From Candidatus Omnitrophota bacterium (GTDB lineage: Bacteria > Ratteibacteria > UBA8468 > B48-G9 > JAFGKM01), in the NCBI GenBank assembly GCA_016928555.1, contig JAFGKM010000005.1, positions 9,758 to 73,757 on the forward strand: a DNA stretch of 64,000 bases, read 5' to 3'. Position 1 is the first letter of the stretch; each line of letters begins with the position of its first letter. The translations under genes were made by a program, and so were the position numbers. Positions 17,594 to 26,983 of the stretch are shown here, piece after piece. The notes beneath the pieces were generated by a model. That model worked only from the letters and a program-made list of their open reading frames with translations. It was not told the origin of the DNA and made no database searches.

Positions 17594-17836
17594 ATGTCGA
17601 AAACCATAACTATACGTCTGGACGAAAAAGCCTATCAGAAAATTGCCGATTATTCAAGAGCGGAAAACCGTCCAATTTCAAATTTTATTGAAACGGCCAC
17701 ACTGCGTTTTATGAAAGAACTGGAATTCACTGATGATACTGAGGTTGCAGAGATACTGTCAAATGAATCTTTTGTCAGACGGTTGAAAGAAGGTTCCCGG
17801 GATGCAAAAAAGAAAAGAGGTAAATTTGTCTATTGA
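17594..17836 (+). CDS. ribbon-helix-helix (CopG-like) antitoxin
   Basis: TITIRLDEKAYQKIADYSRAENRPISNFIETA is an RHH beta-strand plus two helices. 80 aa from the Met with the Shine-Dalgarno. Confidence 0.65.
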   Translation: MSKTITIRLDEKAYQKIADYSRAENRPISNFIETATLRFMKELEFTDDTEVAEILSNESFVRRLKEGSRDAKKKRGKFVY

Positions 17837-18116
17837 ATACCGGATTTTTGAAACGGACAGATTTATAAAGGATTTTAAAGAGATTACGCTTTCATTCCGG
17901 GAAACCATTGAAGAGAAGTTGCAGGACCACGTGTATCCGCAGTTGAAACAACAGCCCTATTTCGGCCCTAATATAAAAAAACTCAAAGGGTGGAAGCCTG
18001 ATACGTGGCGATATAAAATCGGCTCCTGGCGTTTCTTTTATGAAATAGACACGGAAGAAAAGATAGTTTTTATGTTAGCGGCGGAGCACCGCAGCAGCGC
18101 CTATAGAAAAAAATAA
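17802..18116 (+). CDS. RelE/ParE-family toxin
   Basis: YKIGSWRFFYEIDTEEKIVFMLAAEHRSSAY C-terminal motif. The likely real start is TTG 17826 after an AAGAGG Shine-Dalgarno, overlapping the antitoxin end. Confidence 0.75.
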   Translation: MQKRKEVNLSIEYRIFETDRFIKDFKEITLSFRETIEEKLQDHVYPQLKQQPYFGPNIKKLKGWKPDTWRYKIGSWRFFYEIDTEEKIVFMLAAEHRSSAYRKK

Positions 18117-18169
18117 GCCTCAAAGAATTTGTTTGTCTTTTGAGGTGAAATCAAGTCCTGCCTTCTGTG

Positions 18170-20011
18170 TCATTTCGGCAAGACCCTGCCGGGGACTGGT
18201 TGTTTCTTATGGGTTTTTCTGAAATGTACGATAAGAATTGCCACGGCGGCAGGGGTAATGCCGGATATCCTGGATGCCTGCCCCATTGTAAGAGGGTTGA
18301 ATTTAGATAATTTTTCCCTTATTTCCAGCGACAGTCCAGCTATTTTGTTGTAATCAATATCTGCGGGTATTTTTATCTTTTCAAGGTTCTTGAATTCCTT
18401 TATCTCCGCGAGCATCTTTTCTATGTAGGGCGCATACTTCGCCTCTATCTCGGCTTCTTTTAAGACTTCCTCCGGATAACCTGCCGGAGAAACAAGCTCT
18501 TTTATTTTGACATCCGGCTTGGAAAGATGTTCAAAGAAGGAGATTTTCCCGTTTTCAACGGCTATCTTTTCACTTTTCAGCATGTGAATCAATTCATGGA
18601 TTTTTTCTTTTTTTATTCTTGTCTTTTCCCATGCGTCTCTTCTCAAAAGCCCGATTTTATAGCTTGTTTCCCTCAATCTTATATCGGCGTTGTCCTCCCT
18701 TAACAGCAGACGGTATTCAACCCTTGAGGTGAACATCCTGTACGGCTCCATTGTTCCTTTAGTGGTCAGGTCGTCTATAAGCACTCCCGTGTATCCGGTT
18801 GCCCTGTCAATAATAAGAGGTTTTTTCCCCTTTACCCGAAGGGATGCGTTTATCCCCGCCATAAGTCCCTGCGCGGCGGCCTCCTCGTATCCCGTGGTGC
18901 CGTTTATCTGTCCGGCAAGAAACAAGTTTTTAATCTTCTTTGTCTCAAGGGAAGGATAGAGCTGCGTGGGTTCCACGACATCGTGTTCTATGCCGTAGCC
19001 GTAGCGCTCTATCTTAACGTCTTCCAACCCTTCTATCGTATGTATGAATTCGTCCTGTACGTCAACCGGCAGGCTGGTGGAGATTCCGTTCGGATAATAA
19101 ACGGAGGTTTCAAGGCCTTCGGGTTCAAGGAATACGTGGTGTCTTGTATGATGGGGAAATTTTACTATCTTGTCTTCGAGGGAGGGGCAGTATCTTACGC
19201 CGGTTCCCGTGATTATCCCGGTAAAAAGAGGAGAACGGCCAAGGTTATTTCTTATAATGGCGTGCGTTTTTTCATTTGTGTAGGTGACGTAACAGGGCAC
19301 CTGTTCAGTCTCAATTTTTTCCGTGGAGAAGGAGAAGGGGACGGGCGGTCTGTCTCCGTGCTGGATTCTCATCCTGCCGAAGTCAATTGTTCTTCCGTCA
19401 AGCCGTGCGCATGTTCCCGTTTTAAACCTCAGCATCTCAAAACCGTTTTTTTTCAGGGAGTCCGAAAGCATTCTGCTTGATTTCTTCTCCTCAATCCTGC
19501 CGCCTGAAATCTTTTCACTGCCGATATATATCGTACCGTTTAGAAATGTCCCCGGTGTCAGTATAACGGTTTTCCCGAGGATATTCCCTTCGCCGCCGAG
19601 TTCAATCCCTCTGACCTCGCCGCCCTCTACGATAATACCTGTAACTTCTCCCTCAAGGATTTCCATGCCAGGCTGGCGTTTAAGGACATTCTGCATGTAA
19701 TCGGCATATTTATCCCTGTCCACCTGCGCTCTTGACGAGCGGACAGCCGGCCCTTTGGAGGCGTTAAGTATCCTGAACTGGATGCCTGCCGCATCGGCGG
19801 CTTTTCCCATCTCGCCGCCTAAAGCGTCCACTTCCTTTACCATGTGTCCTTTACCGACGCCTCCTACGGCGGGATTGCATGACAAACAGCCGATTCTGTT
19901 TTTTGTAAAGGTGACCAGGAGTACGGAAAGTCCCATCCTTGCTCCTGCGAGAGCTGCCTCCGCGCCTGCATGCCCTGCACCTACCGCGATAATGTCGTAT
20001 GTTTTTCCCAT
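18170..20011 (-). CDS. mnmG: tRNA uridine-5-carboxymethylaminomethyl modification enzyme MnmG (GidA)
   Basis: FAD motif DIIAVGAGHAGAEAA and full-length GidA similarity. Start chosen at ATG 20011 (MGKTYDII). Confidence 0.95.
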   Translation of the reverse strand: MGKTYDIIAVGAGHAGAEAALAGARMGLSVLLVTFTKNRIGCLSCNPAVGGVGKGHMVKEVDALGGEMGKAADAAGIQFRILNASKGPAVRSSRAQVDRDKYADYMQNVLKRQPGMEILEGEVTGIIVEGGEVRGIELGGEGNILGKTVILTPGTFLNGTIYIGSEKISGGRIEEKKSSRMLSDSLKKNGFEMLRFKTGTCARLDGRTIDFGRMRIQHGDRPPVPFSFSTEKIETEQVPCYVTYTNEKTHAIIRNNLGRSPLFTGIITGTGVRYCPSLEDKIVKFPHHTRHHVFLEPEGLETSVYYPNGISTSLPVDVQDEFIHTIEGLEDVKIERYGYGIEHDVVEPTQLYPSLETKKIKNLFLAGQINGTTGYEEAAAQGLMAGINASLRVKGKKPLIIDRATGYTGVLIDDLTTKGTMEPYRMFTSRVEYRLLLREDNADIRLRETSYKIGLLRRDAWEKTRIKKEKIHELIHMLKSEKIAVENGKISFFEHLSKPDVKIKELVSPAGYPEEVLKEAEIEAKYAPYIEKMLAEIKEFKNLEKIKIPADIDYNKIAGLSLEIREKLSKFNPLTMGQASRISGITPAAVAILIVHFRKTHKKQPVPGRVLPK

Positions 20012-20126
20012 TTTAAAATCGCCGCCCCTCATCCTTTGCCTTCTCCCACAAGGTGAGAAGGGATAAGGACAGAGGTAATTATATAACAATTAACGCAGTA
20101 TGGACAAAAAATGCGGCATGCCGGTT

Positions 20127-20135
20127 TTGTGGTAT
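20127..20135 (+). promoter_or_regulatory. extended -10 element TGgTATAAT 12 nt before the mutS ATG
   Basis: TGGTATAAT at 20127-20135 and ATG at 20148, implying a 5' UTR of only about 6 nt. Confidence 0.4.
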
Positions 20136-20147
20136 AATTATCATGTT

Positions 20148-22742
20148 ATGGAAAACCTCACGCCCATGCTGAAACAGTACAATGAAATAAAAAAAGAACA
20201 CCCCGGATATATCCTTTTTTTCCGTTTAGGCGATTTCTACGAGATGTTTTATGACGACGCGAAAACCGCCTCTGCTATCCTTGACCTTGTCCTCACCGCA
20301 AGGAGCGCCGGCAGTGCGGGCAAGGCTCCGATGTGCGGCATACCCTACCATTCGGCCGATTCATATATTTCAAGGCTGATAAAGGCCGGATGCAAGGTTG
20401 CCGTCTGCGAGCAGGTTGAAGACCCGGCAAAGGCAAAAGGGATAGTGAAAAGAGAGGTGGTCCGGCTTATTACCTCGGGGACTTTCATAGACGAGAACAA
20501 TCCGGATTCGAGGTATATTCTCTCGCTGTATCCGGACAAAAAAGGGGCGGGCATTGCTTTCATTGACAATTCAGGAGGAGGAACGATATATGCCAACGAG
20601 TTTCCGGACATAAACAGGGTTGTTGAGATAGTTTCAAAAATTCCTGTCTGCGAGTGTATATTTCCGTCCGATAAAAAAGAGGCGGTTGCGGAATTGTTCG
20701 GCAGGCCTTTCCTTGGGAACCGGAAAATAACGCTGAGCGGGTGCGATGAATGGATGTTCAACAATGAAATTGCAAAGAAGAGTCTGTGTGACCACTTTAA
20801 AACAAGCACTCTTGCGGGGTTTGGCGTTGAGGAAAGTGAATATGCAATAAGGAGTGCAGGAGGGCTTATTGAGTATCTCAGGCAGTCAAGCAAGAAACCG
20901 CTCAGCCATGTTACCAAACTTTCCATTTATACCGACACGGACTATCTTTACATATCGCCTTCCGCCGTTTACGGGCTTGAGATAGACCGTCTTGCCGGAA
21001 TGCTTGATTCTACCGTAACGCCTATGGGTAAAAGGATGCTGAAACACTGGATTTACCATCCCCTGCTTAATACGGCGGAAATAAAGAAAAGGCAGGAGGC
21101 GGTAAAGATACTGATAGAGAAGGGCGAACTCCGCGCAGGTATAATCGATGTCTTTAAAGGCATTACAGATGTGGAAAAGGCGCTTTCCAAAATAAGCTGC
21201 GGCTACGGCAGCGGGGTGAAGGAAATTCTTGCAATAAACAACCTGCTTGTGAAAATACCGGAGTTAATGGGTGTTTTAAAAGGGCAGGGCGGAGGTAATC
21301 TTTTTTTCACGGCGGACGACATTCCTGAACTCAGGGAATTTTTATCCAACACGGTTGAATCCGATATCCCTGCCGTCGGTTATGAAGGGAAATTTGTGAA
21401 AAAAGGCTACAGGAAAGAACTTGATGAGTTGAGGGATATAAGGGACAACGTAAAGGAATGGCTGAGAAACCTGCAGAAGGAGGAGATTAAAAGGACGGGG
21501 ATAAACTCCCTGAAGATAGGGTATAACAGCGTTTTCGGGTATTACATTGAGATAACAAAGGCAAACCTTTCGCTCGTGCCGGAGGATTATATAAGGAAAC
21601 AGACGCTTGTCAATGCCGAGAGGTTCGTTACGCCACAGTTGAAGGAATTCGAAGAAAAAATACTTACCGCCGAAAGCAAAATCCTAACGATAGAAAAAGA
21701 GGTAATTGAGATTGTGAAGGCGGAGATTCTTGAGAATGCGCCGGTTCTGTACTCAATCGCCTCGTCAATAGCTGTCCTTGACGTTCTGTGTTCTTTTGCA
21801 AACGCCGCCCGGGAAAACGATTATGTCAGGCCGGAGGTTGACGAAAGTTTTGACATTACAATAAAGGAAGGCCGGCATCCCGTGGTTGAGAAGATGACAG
21901 AAGATTTTTTTGTCCCCAATGATTCACTTCTGGATAACGAAGAAAATCACTTTTTAATCATAACCGGTCCCAACATGGCAGGCAAATCTACATACATAAG
22001 GCAGGTCGCGCTGATTGCGATAATGGCCCAGGCCGGAAGCTTTGTCCCTGCGAAGGCGGCCAGGATCGGGCTTGTGGATAAAATTTTCACCCGCATAGGC
22101 GCGCATGATGAAATAAGCAGGGGGCAGAGTACGTTCATGGTGGAGATGACCGAAACGGCGGGCATAATCAACAACCTTTCAAAAAGGAGCCTGGTGGTTC
22201 TTGACGAAATCGGAAGGGGAACAGGCACTTACGACGGTTTTTCCCTTGCCTGGGCCGTCGCGGAATACCTTGTCAAAGAAAAGGCGAGGACGCTTTTTGC
22301 GACCCATTTCCACGAACTGACGGGTCTTGAGGGGAATAACGGGGGCGTAAAAAACTACAACGTGGCTGTAAGGGAAAGCGGGAGCGAGGTCGTATTCCTG
22401 CACAAGATTATGCCGGGCGGGACCGACGAAAGCTACGGCATTTATGTGGCTCAGATTGCGGGGATTCCTCCGCAAATCATAAAAAGAGCTGATGAAATTC
22501 TTTCAAAACTTGAATTGCAGGGGACTCTTCAGGAGCATATTATAGGGGAGATGCGCGCGGATGCCCCGTCTCTTTTTATGGACGCGAAAAAATCTCCTTA
22601 TAAGAAACTGAAGGAAGACATAGAGCATCTGAGAAAACTGAAGGATGATGTTATGGCGTTAAACGTTGAGAATACTGCGCCGGTTGAAGTGAGCATAAGA
22701 CTTAAAAAGATACAGGAAGAACTGAAAAATGGGAAAGATTAA
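20148..22742 (+). CDS. mutS: DNA mismatch repair protein MutS
   Basis: N-terminal LTPMLKQYNEIKKEHPGYILFFRLGDFYEMF, Walker A GPNMAGKST, and C-terminal dimerisation region. Confidence 0.95.
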   Translation: MENLTPMLKQYNEIKKEHPGYILFFRLGDFYEMFYDDAKTASAILDLVLTARSAGSAGKAPMCGIPYHSADSYISRLIKAGCKVAVCEQVEDPAKAKGIVKREVVRLITSGTFIDENNPDSRYILSLYPDKKGAGIAFIDNSGGGTIYANEFPDINRVVEIVSKIPVCECIFPSDKKEAVAELFGRPFLGNRKITLSGCDEWMFNNEIAKKSLCDHFKTSTLAGFGVEESEYAIRSAGGLIEYLRQSSKKPLSHVTKLSIYTDTDYLYISPSAVYGLEIDRLAGMLDSTVTPMGKRMLKHWIYHPLLNTAEIKKRQEAVKILIEKGELRAGIIDVFKGITDVEKALSKISCGYGSGVKEILAINNLLVKIPELMGVLKGQGGGNLFFTADDIPELREFLSNTVESDIPAVGYEGKFVKKGYRKELDELRDIRDNVKEWLRNLQKEEIKRTGINSLKIGYNSVFGYYIEITKANLSLVPEDYIRKQTLVNAERFVTPQLKEFEEKILTAESKILTIEKEVIEIVKAEILENAPVLYSIASSIAVLDVLCSFANAARENDYVRPEVDESFDITIKEGRHPVVEKMTEDFFVPNDSLLDNEENHFLIITGPNMAGKSTYIRQVALIAIMAQAGSFVPAKAARIGLVDKIFTRIGAHDEISRGQSTFMVEMTETAGIINNLSKRSLVVLDEIGRGTGTYDGFSLAWAVAEYLVKEKARTLFATHFHELTGLEGNNGGVKNYNVAVRESGSEVVFLHKIMPGGTDESYGIYVAQIAGIPPQIIKRADEILSKLELQGTLQEHIIGEMRADAPSLFMDAKKSPYKKLKEDIEHLRKLKDDVMALNVENTAPVEVSIRLKKIQEELKNGKD

Positions 22743-24447
22743 TTTTTTGCCGGATGCCTTAATAAGCAGGATAGCGGCGGGCGAGGTTGTAGAAAGGCCT
22801 GCTTCCGTGGTGAAGGAACTGGTGGAAAATTCGGCGGATGCCGGGGCGCATAACATCATTGTCGGAATAGAGTCTGCTGGGAAGAAACTGATTTCCGTCA
22901 AAGACGACGGGGAAGGGATTGACCCCGACGACATAGAGAAACTTTTCAACAGGCATGCGACAAGCAAAGTATCAGGGGCGGAAGACCTTGACGCCATAAA
23001 ATCGCTCGGTTTCAGGGGTGAGGCGCTTTACAGCATAGGGGCGGTTGCAGACGTGGTGCTGAAAAGCAAATCCCGCGAAAGCGGAAAACATGGAAAGGAG
23101 ATACACGTAAGAGGCGGCAAAAATCTCGGCATCAAAAAGAGCAGCCAGACCGAAGGGACAGTTGTAGAGGCAAGGGAGCTGTTTTTCAACGTTCCGGCAA
23201 GGAAGAAGTTTTTAAAGTCGGATTCGGCGGAGATGCGCAGAATCCTCAGTGTTTTTATGCCTTACGCAATTGCATTTTACGATAAAAGGTTTTCACTCTC
23301 GCATAACGGCAGGAACTCATTAAACTTCAACCCCTCGGACAACAGTCTCTCAAGGTTTTCCGAGGTTGCCAATGCGGACAGAAAAAGCGTGATGTTCGCC
23401 GAAAAGGAAATGGCGCCCGGGCGCGTATCCTTCAGAGTTCTGCTCGGAGATATAAATCTGAAGAGGCCTGGCAAGGACATGCAGTATATCTTTATCAACA
23501 ACAGGCCTGTTTTCAGCCAGTCGGTATCGTATTCCGTCAACCAAGTTTACAGAGAGATTTTCCCGAGGGAGGTTTACCCCGTATTCGCAGTTTTCTTAAA
23601 AATTCCCTTTGAGGAGATTGACGTAAACATTCACCCTGCCAAAAGAGAGGTTAAACTGAAGGATGAATATCTTATATCCTCGGCTCTTGCGGATTTCTGC
23701 CGCGAGGTTCTTTTCGGCAGGGGAAAAGCGGCGGAAGCGGTTAAAAAATCGAGCGTTTATTTTGAAATGATGGGAAAACTGCCTTTGTCAGGGAAGAACG
23801 ATCTGTTATCCGAAGGCATGAAGCCGGCAGATATTTTTCAGATGCGGCAGACCGGTGAACTGCCCGCAGATGCCGTAGGAAAATCCATAAGGGAAAGGTT
23901 GAGAGACGCTTCTTACATAGGTTGTTACAGGAACAAATATCTTTTTTTTGAGTCTGGTGAATCGCTTCTTGCCATAGACCAGCATGCCGCCCACGAGAGA
24001 ATAAACTACGAACTGCTTAAAAAACAGTTTGAAACCGGCAAGCTTGACATCCAAAGGGTGCTTACGCCGCTGATTATAAAATTAAATGCGGAGGAATTTT
24101 TAGCGTGGGAGGAAGGGGCTGAAAATCTTGAAAATGCCGGATTCTTAACAACAAGATGGGACAGCGGCTCAATCGCTCTTCACGGCTTTCTGCAGGTAAT
24201 AAAAGACCCGGAGGCTTCGGTAAGAAGCCTTCTTGCCGAGAGAAATATTGACAAGTGCGATAAAGAGACCCTTGCAAGAAGGGCGTGCAAGGGTTCAGTA
24301 GTTGCGGGCGCGAAAATCCAGCCTGAAGAAGCGGTCCATATAAAAAACGAACTGCTGAAATGCGTGGTCCCTTTTACCTGTCCCCACGGACGTCCTACAG
24401 TCGTGGAATTTACCGAGTCTTTTTTTGACCGCCAGTTTCTCCGCTGA
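22729..24447 (+). CDS. mutL: DNA mismatch repair protein MutL
   Basis: GHKL ATPase motifs (AAGEVVERPASVVKELVENSADAG) and C-terminal CPHGRP. It overlaps mutS by 14 nt. Confidence 0.95.
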   Translation: MGKINFLPDALISRIAAGEVVERPASVVKELVENSADAGAHNIIVGIESAGKKLISVKDDGEGIDPDDIEKLFNRHATSKVSGAEDLDAIKSLGFRGEALYSIGAVADVVLKSKSRESGKHGKEIHVRGGKNLGIKKSSQTEGTVVEARELFFNVPARKKFLKSDSAEMRRILSVFMPYAIAFYDKRFSLSHNGRNSLNFNPSDNSLSRFSEVANADRKSVMFAEKEMAPGRVSFRVLLGDINLKRPGKDMQYIFINNRPVFSQSVSYSVNQVYREIFPREVYPVFAVFLKIPFEEIDVNIHPAKREVKLKDEYLISSALADFCREVLFGRGKAAEAVKKSSVYFEMMGKLPLSGKNDLLSEGMKPADIFQMRQTGELPADAVGKSIRERLRDASYIGCYRNKYLFFESGESLLAIDQHAAHERINYELLKKQFETGKLDIQRVLTPLIIKLNAEEFLAWEEGAENLENAGFLTTRWDSGSIALHGFLQVIKDPEASVRSLLAERNIDKCDKETLARRACKGSVVAGAKIQPEEAVHIKNELLKCVVPFTCPHGRPTVVEFTESFFDRQFLR

Positions 24448-24456
24448 ATCCTGCAA

Positions 24457-25617
24457 TCAGCTTATGCCGAAAAAATTTCTGTAGGTTTTTACCACGGCAT
24501 AGTAGTTTTCAATCTTTACGTCTTCGTGTACGGAATGGCTTAAATGAAGGATGTGCCCTCCCTTTGTCCTTAGCCCGTGGTTGAGGCATTCTATGACTTC
24601 TTTTTCCGCCTCGGCAGGGCCTGCATTGCACATTGTGTATCTCGCGTCTATGTTTCCTATTATGCATATCCTGTCAGCAACGCCTTCTTCAATGAGCTTT
24701 TCCCATGTCATGCCGGCGGATTTGTCAACCTCTTTGTATCCGTCAATCCCAGAATTGAAGAAGAAATCGTCTTTTATGGGCCAGTGGTTTCCGTCGGAAG
24801 TGTAGACGGCAAATGCACCCATATTGTGTATCAGATTAACGTGTTCCCGCATTACCGGCAGAATGAATTTGCGGTAAAGGGCAGGGGAGATGAAAGGCCC
24901 TTTGTCACAGCTTACGTCTCCCCCTATAGCGACAACCCTGCATCCGTCTTCAATCATTTTTTTCGTGTATTCAAAACAACCCGCTTTCTGCATTTCAATC
25001 CAGCGGAGGTATATTTCCGGTTTTTCAAGCATCCACATCAGCATAAAAGGCTGGTAAAAAGCCACTCCTGTTCCCGCTCCGGATTCAGCCATATACACCC
25101 AGTCAATGCCGTCGGCTTTCGCGAACTCTCTCACTCTTTTCATGACAGGGCTGTATATACGCAGTTTTTCGCTGTTGCCGGTATTCCCGCCCCATGCTTC
25201 TATTTTCTTTATCATTTCTTCTTCTGAAATCTGCTGGGAATAAGAATGAGCTGGGTTTTCCGGTAACACAAGCTTGGTTCTTTCGTTGAAAATATAAGGC
25301 GTTCCCTCAAGAGTCCAGCTCTTTTTTCCGGTTTTTACGGGGCGCTTGCCCCTGATAAAACCGTGGCTTGTCAGCCGTACCATGTCCAAACCGAAAAAAC
25401 GGCATATCTTGTACTGCGCCTTAGCAGACGCCTCTATGAATTCTTCTTCGGGAACGCCTTCAGCCATCGCATCCCATGCCATTTCCGAATCCGTTGCGAC
25501 GGTTCTTCCGCAGATATCCCAGTGTATGGGTTGAAACGGCTGGAATATTTCAAACAACGGCGTTCTGTCCGGTTTCCCGTGTTTTAGAGCCGTGAATACT
25601 CTTTCTTTCCTGTCCAT
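24457..25617 (-). CDS. URO-D-like family protein, paralog 3
   Basis: URO-D superfamily barrel with ...ICIIGNIDARYTM...GGHILHLSHSV C-terminus; 386 aa. Confidence 0.6.
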   Translation of the reverse strand: MDRKERVFTALKHGKPDRTPLFEIFQPFQPIHWDICGRTVATDSEMAWDAMAEGVPEEEFIEASAKAQYKICRFFGLDMVRLTSHGFIRGKRPVKTGKKSWTLEGTPYIFNERTKLVLPENPAHSYSQQISEEEMIKKIEAWGGNTGNSEKLRIYSPVMKRVREFAKADGIDWVYMAESGAGTGVAFYQPFMLMWMLEKPEIYLRWIEMQKAGCFEYTKKMIEDGCRVVAIGGDVSCDKGPFISPALYRKFILPVMREHVNLIHNMGAFAVYTSDGNHWPIKDDFFFNSGIDGYKEVDKSAGMTWEKLIEEGVADRICIIGNIDARYTMCNAGPAEAEKEVIECLNHGLRTKGGHILHLSHSVHEDVKIENYYAVVKTYRNFFGIS

Positions 25618-25743
25618 TCTGTCTCCGTGTTAATAATAGAAAAAGCGGTATTCCTGCATAAAGGTGCGGCATTTTTGTTTTGCAGGTTAAAAAAACTGTG
25701 AGATAATTATAAGATAATATCGGATATTTACAAAGAGAGGGTT

Positions 25744-26922
25744 ATGAAGAACAAAAATAAGCGCTATAAAAAACCCGTACTTAACCTGATTTACAGTAAA
25801 CAGCCCATTTCAAGGATAAGGATAGGGGAGATTACGGGTATAAGGCTTGCTACCATAACGGAAGTTACCCGGGAATTTTTGAAAAACGGCCTGGTTAAAG
25901 AGACCGGAAAAATAAGTAACCGCAGAGGTGTGGGAAGAAAGGAGAAACTGCTGGAGATGATACCGGAAGGCAAGTATTTCCTCGGCTGCGAGCTCATGCC
26001 TTCATGTATAAGGGCTCTGGCGCTTAATTTAAAAGGGGAGATATTAAAGCTGAAGACAGTTCCGTTATCAAAAGGGGAGAAAACTTCCGCCATCCTTTCA
26101 AAAGCATCATCTGTCGTATCATCGTTAATTGAAGAGTTGAAAATCCCCGGGAAAAAAATATACGGTCTGGGTTTTGTTGACCCCGGCATAATTGACGTGG
26201 AGAAAGGCATCTCTGTCTTTTCCGCAATAATGCCCGGATGGAAAAACGTGCCGGTAAAGAAGTTCCTTGAGGAAAAACTTGGATTCAATGTTTTTTTGAT
26301 AAACACCTCTCAGGCAAAGGTGCTGGCGGAGCATTCCTTCGGCAGGGGGAAGGGGGTGGACAACGTAATTTTCGTGGAATACGGAGAAGGTATTTCATGC
26401 GGCATTATAAGCGAGAAGACGCTTATAGGCGGATATAAGGAAATAGCGGGCGAGATGGGGCACTTTAATTTTCCCGGCAGAAATGAAAAATGCAAATGCG
26501 GAAGCAAGGGCTGTCTTGAGGCTATCGCGAGCCTGCCTGCAATAGAAAACAAGACCAGAAAGTATCTCGGGGCAGGAGAGGAATCCCTGATGAAAGAGAA
26601 AGATTTTTCTCCGGGTATAGCCGGTATCGTGGATGCATTTGAAAGGAATGACAGGCTTGCCGTAAATGTCATGGAAGAAACCTCGCTGCTTTTATCTTTC
26701 TGCGTAGCCAATGTAATTAAGCTTTTAAATCCTGAACTCGTGATACTGGACAGAAATTTTTCAAAACTCGGTAAAAAATTTTGGGAGATTTTTATTGGCA
26801 GGGTAAACGATAATTTGATGTACGGCGAAAAAGCAAAGTTTAGAATATCCGACATGGGAGAAGAACAGGCAAGTCTGGGAGGAGCAGCCCTTCTCCTTCA
26901 GAATTTCCTGAAAAAAAGTTGA
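25744..26922 (+). CDS. ROK family transcriptional regulator
   Basis: N-terminal wHTH, ROK sugar-kinase fold and zinc motif CKCGSKGCLEA. Confidence 0.85.
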   Translation: MKNKNKRYKKPVLNLIYSKQPISRIRIGEITGIRLATITEVTREFLKNGLVKETGKISNRRGVGRKEKLLEMIPEGKYFLGCELMPSCIRALALNLKGEILKLKTVPLSKGEKTSAILSKASSVVSSLIEELKIPGKKIYGLGFVDPGIIDVEKGISVFSAIMPGWKNVPVKKFLEEKLGFNVFLINTSQAKVLAEHSFGRGKGVDNVIFVEYGEGISCGIISEKTLIGGYKEIAGEMGHFNFPGRNEKCKCGSKGCLEAIASLPAIENKTRKYLGAGEESLMKEKDFSPGIAGIVDAFERNDRLAVNVMEETSLLLSFCVANVIKLLNPELVILDRNFSKLGKKFWEIFIGRVNDNLMYGEKAKFRISDMGEEQASLGGAALLLQNFLKKS

Positions 26923-26947
26923 CATGCAATTTTTTTTGATATATAAT
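26919..26947 (+). promoter_or_regulatory. consensus sigma70 promoter TTGACA-N17-TATAAT
   Basis: Perfect -35 and -10 with a 17-nt spacer. It overlaps the ROK stop and sits 36 nt upstream of the DegT-family ATG, which has an AAGGGGGA Shine-Dalgarno. Confidence 0.6.
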
Positions 26948-26983
26948 TTACAGAAATGTAATTAATGTAAAAAGGGGGATAAA

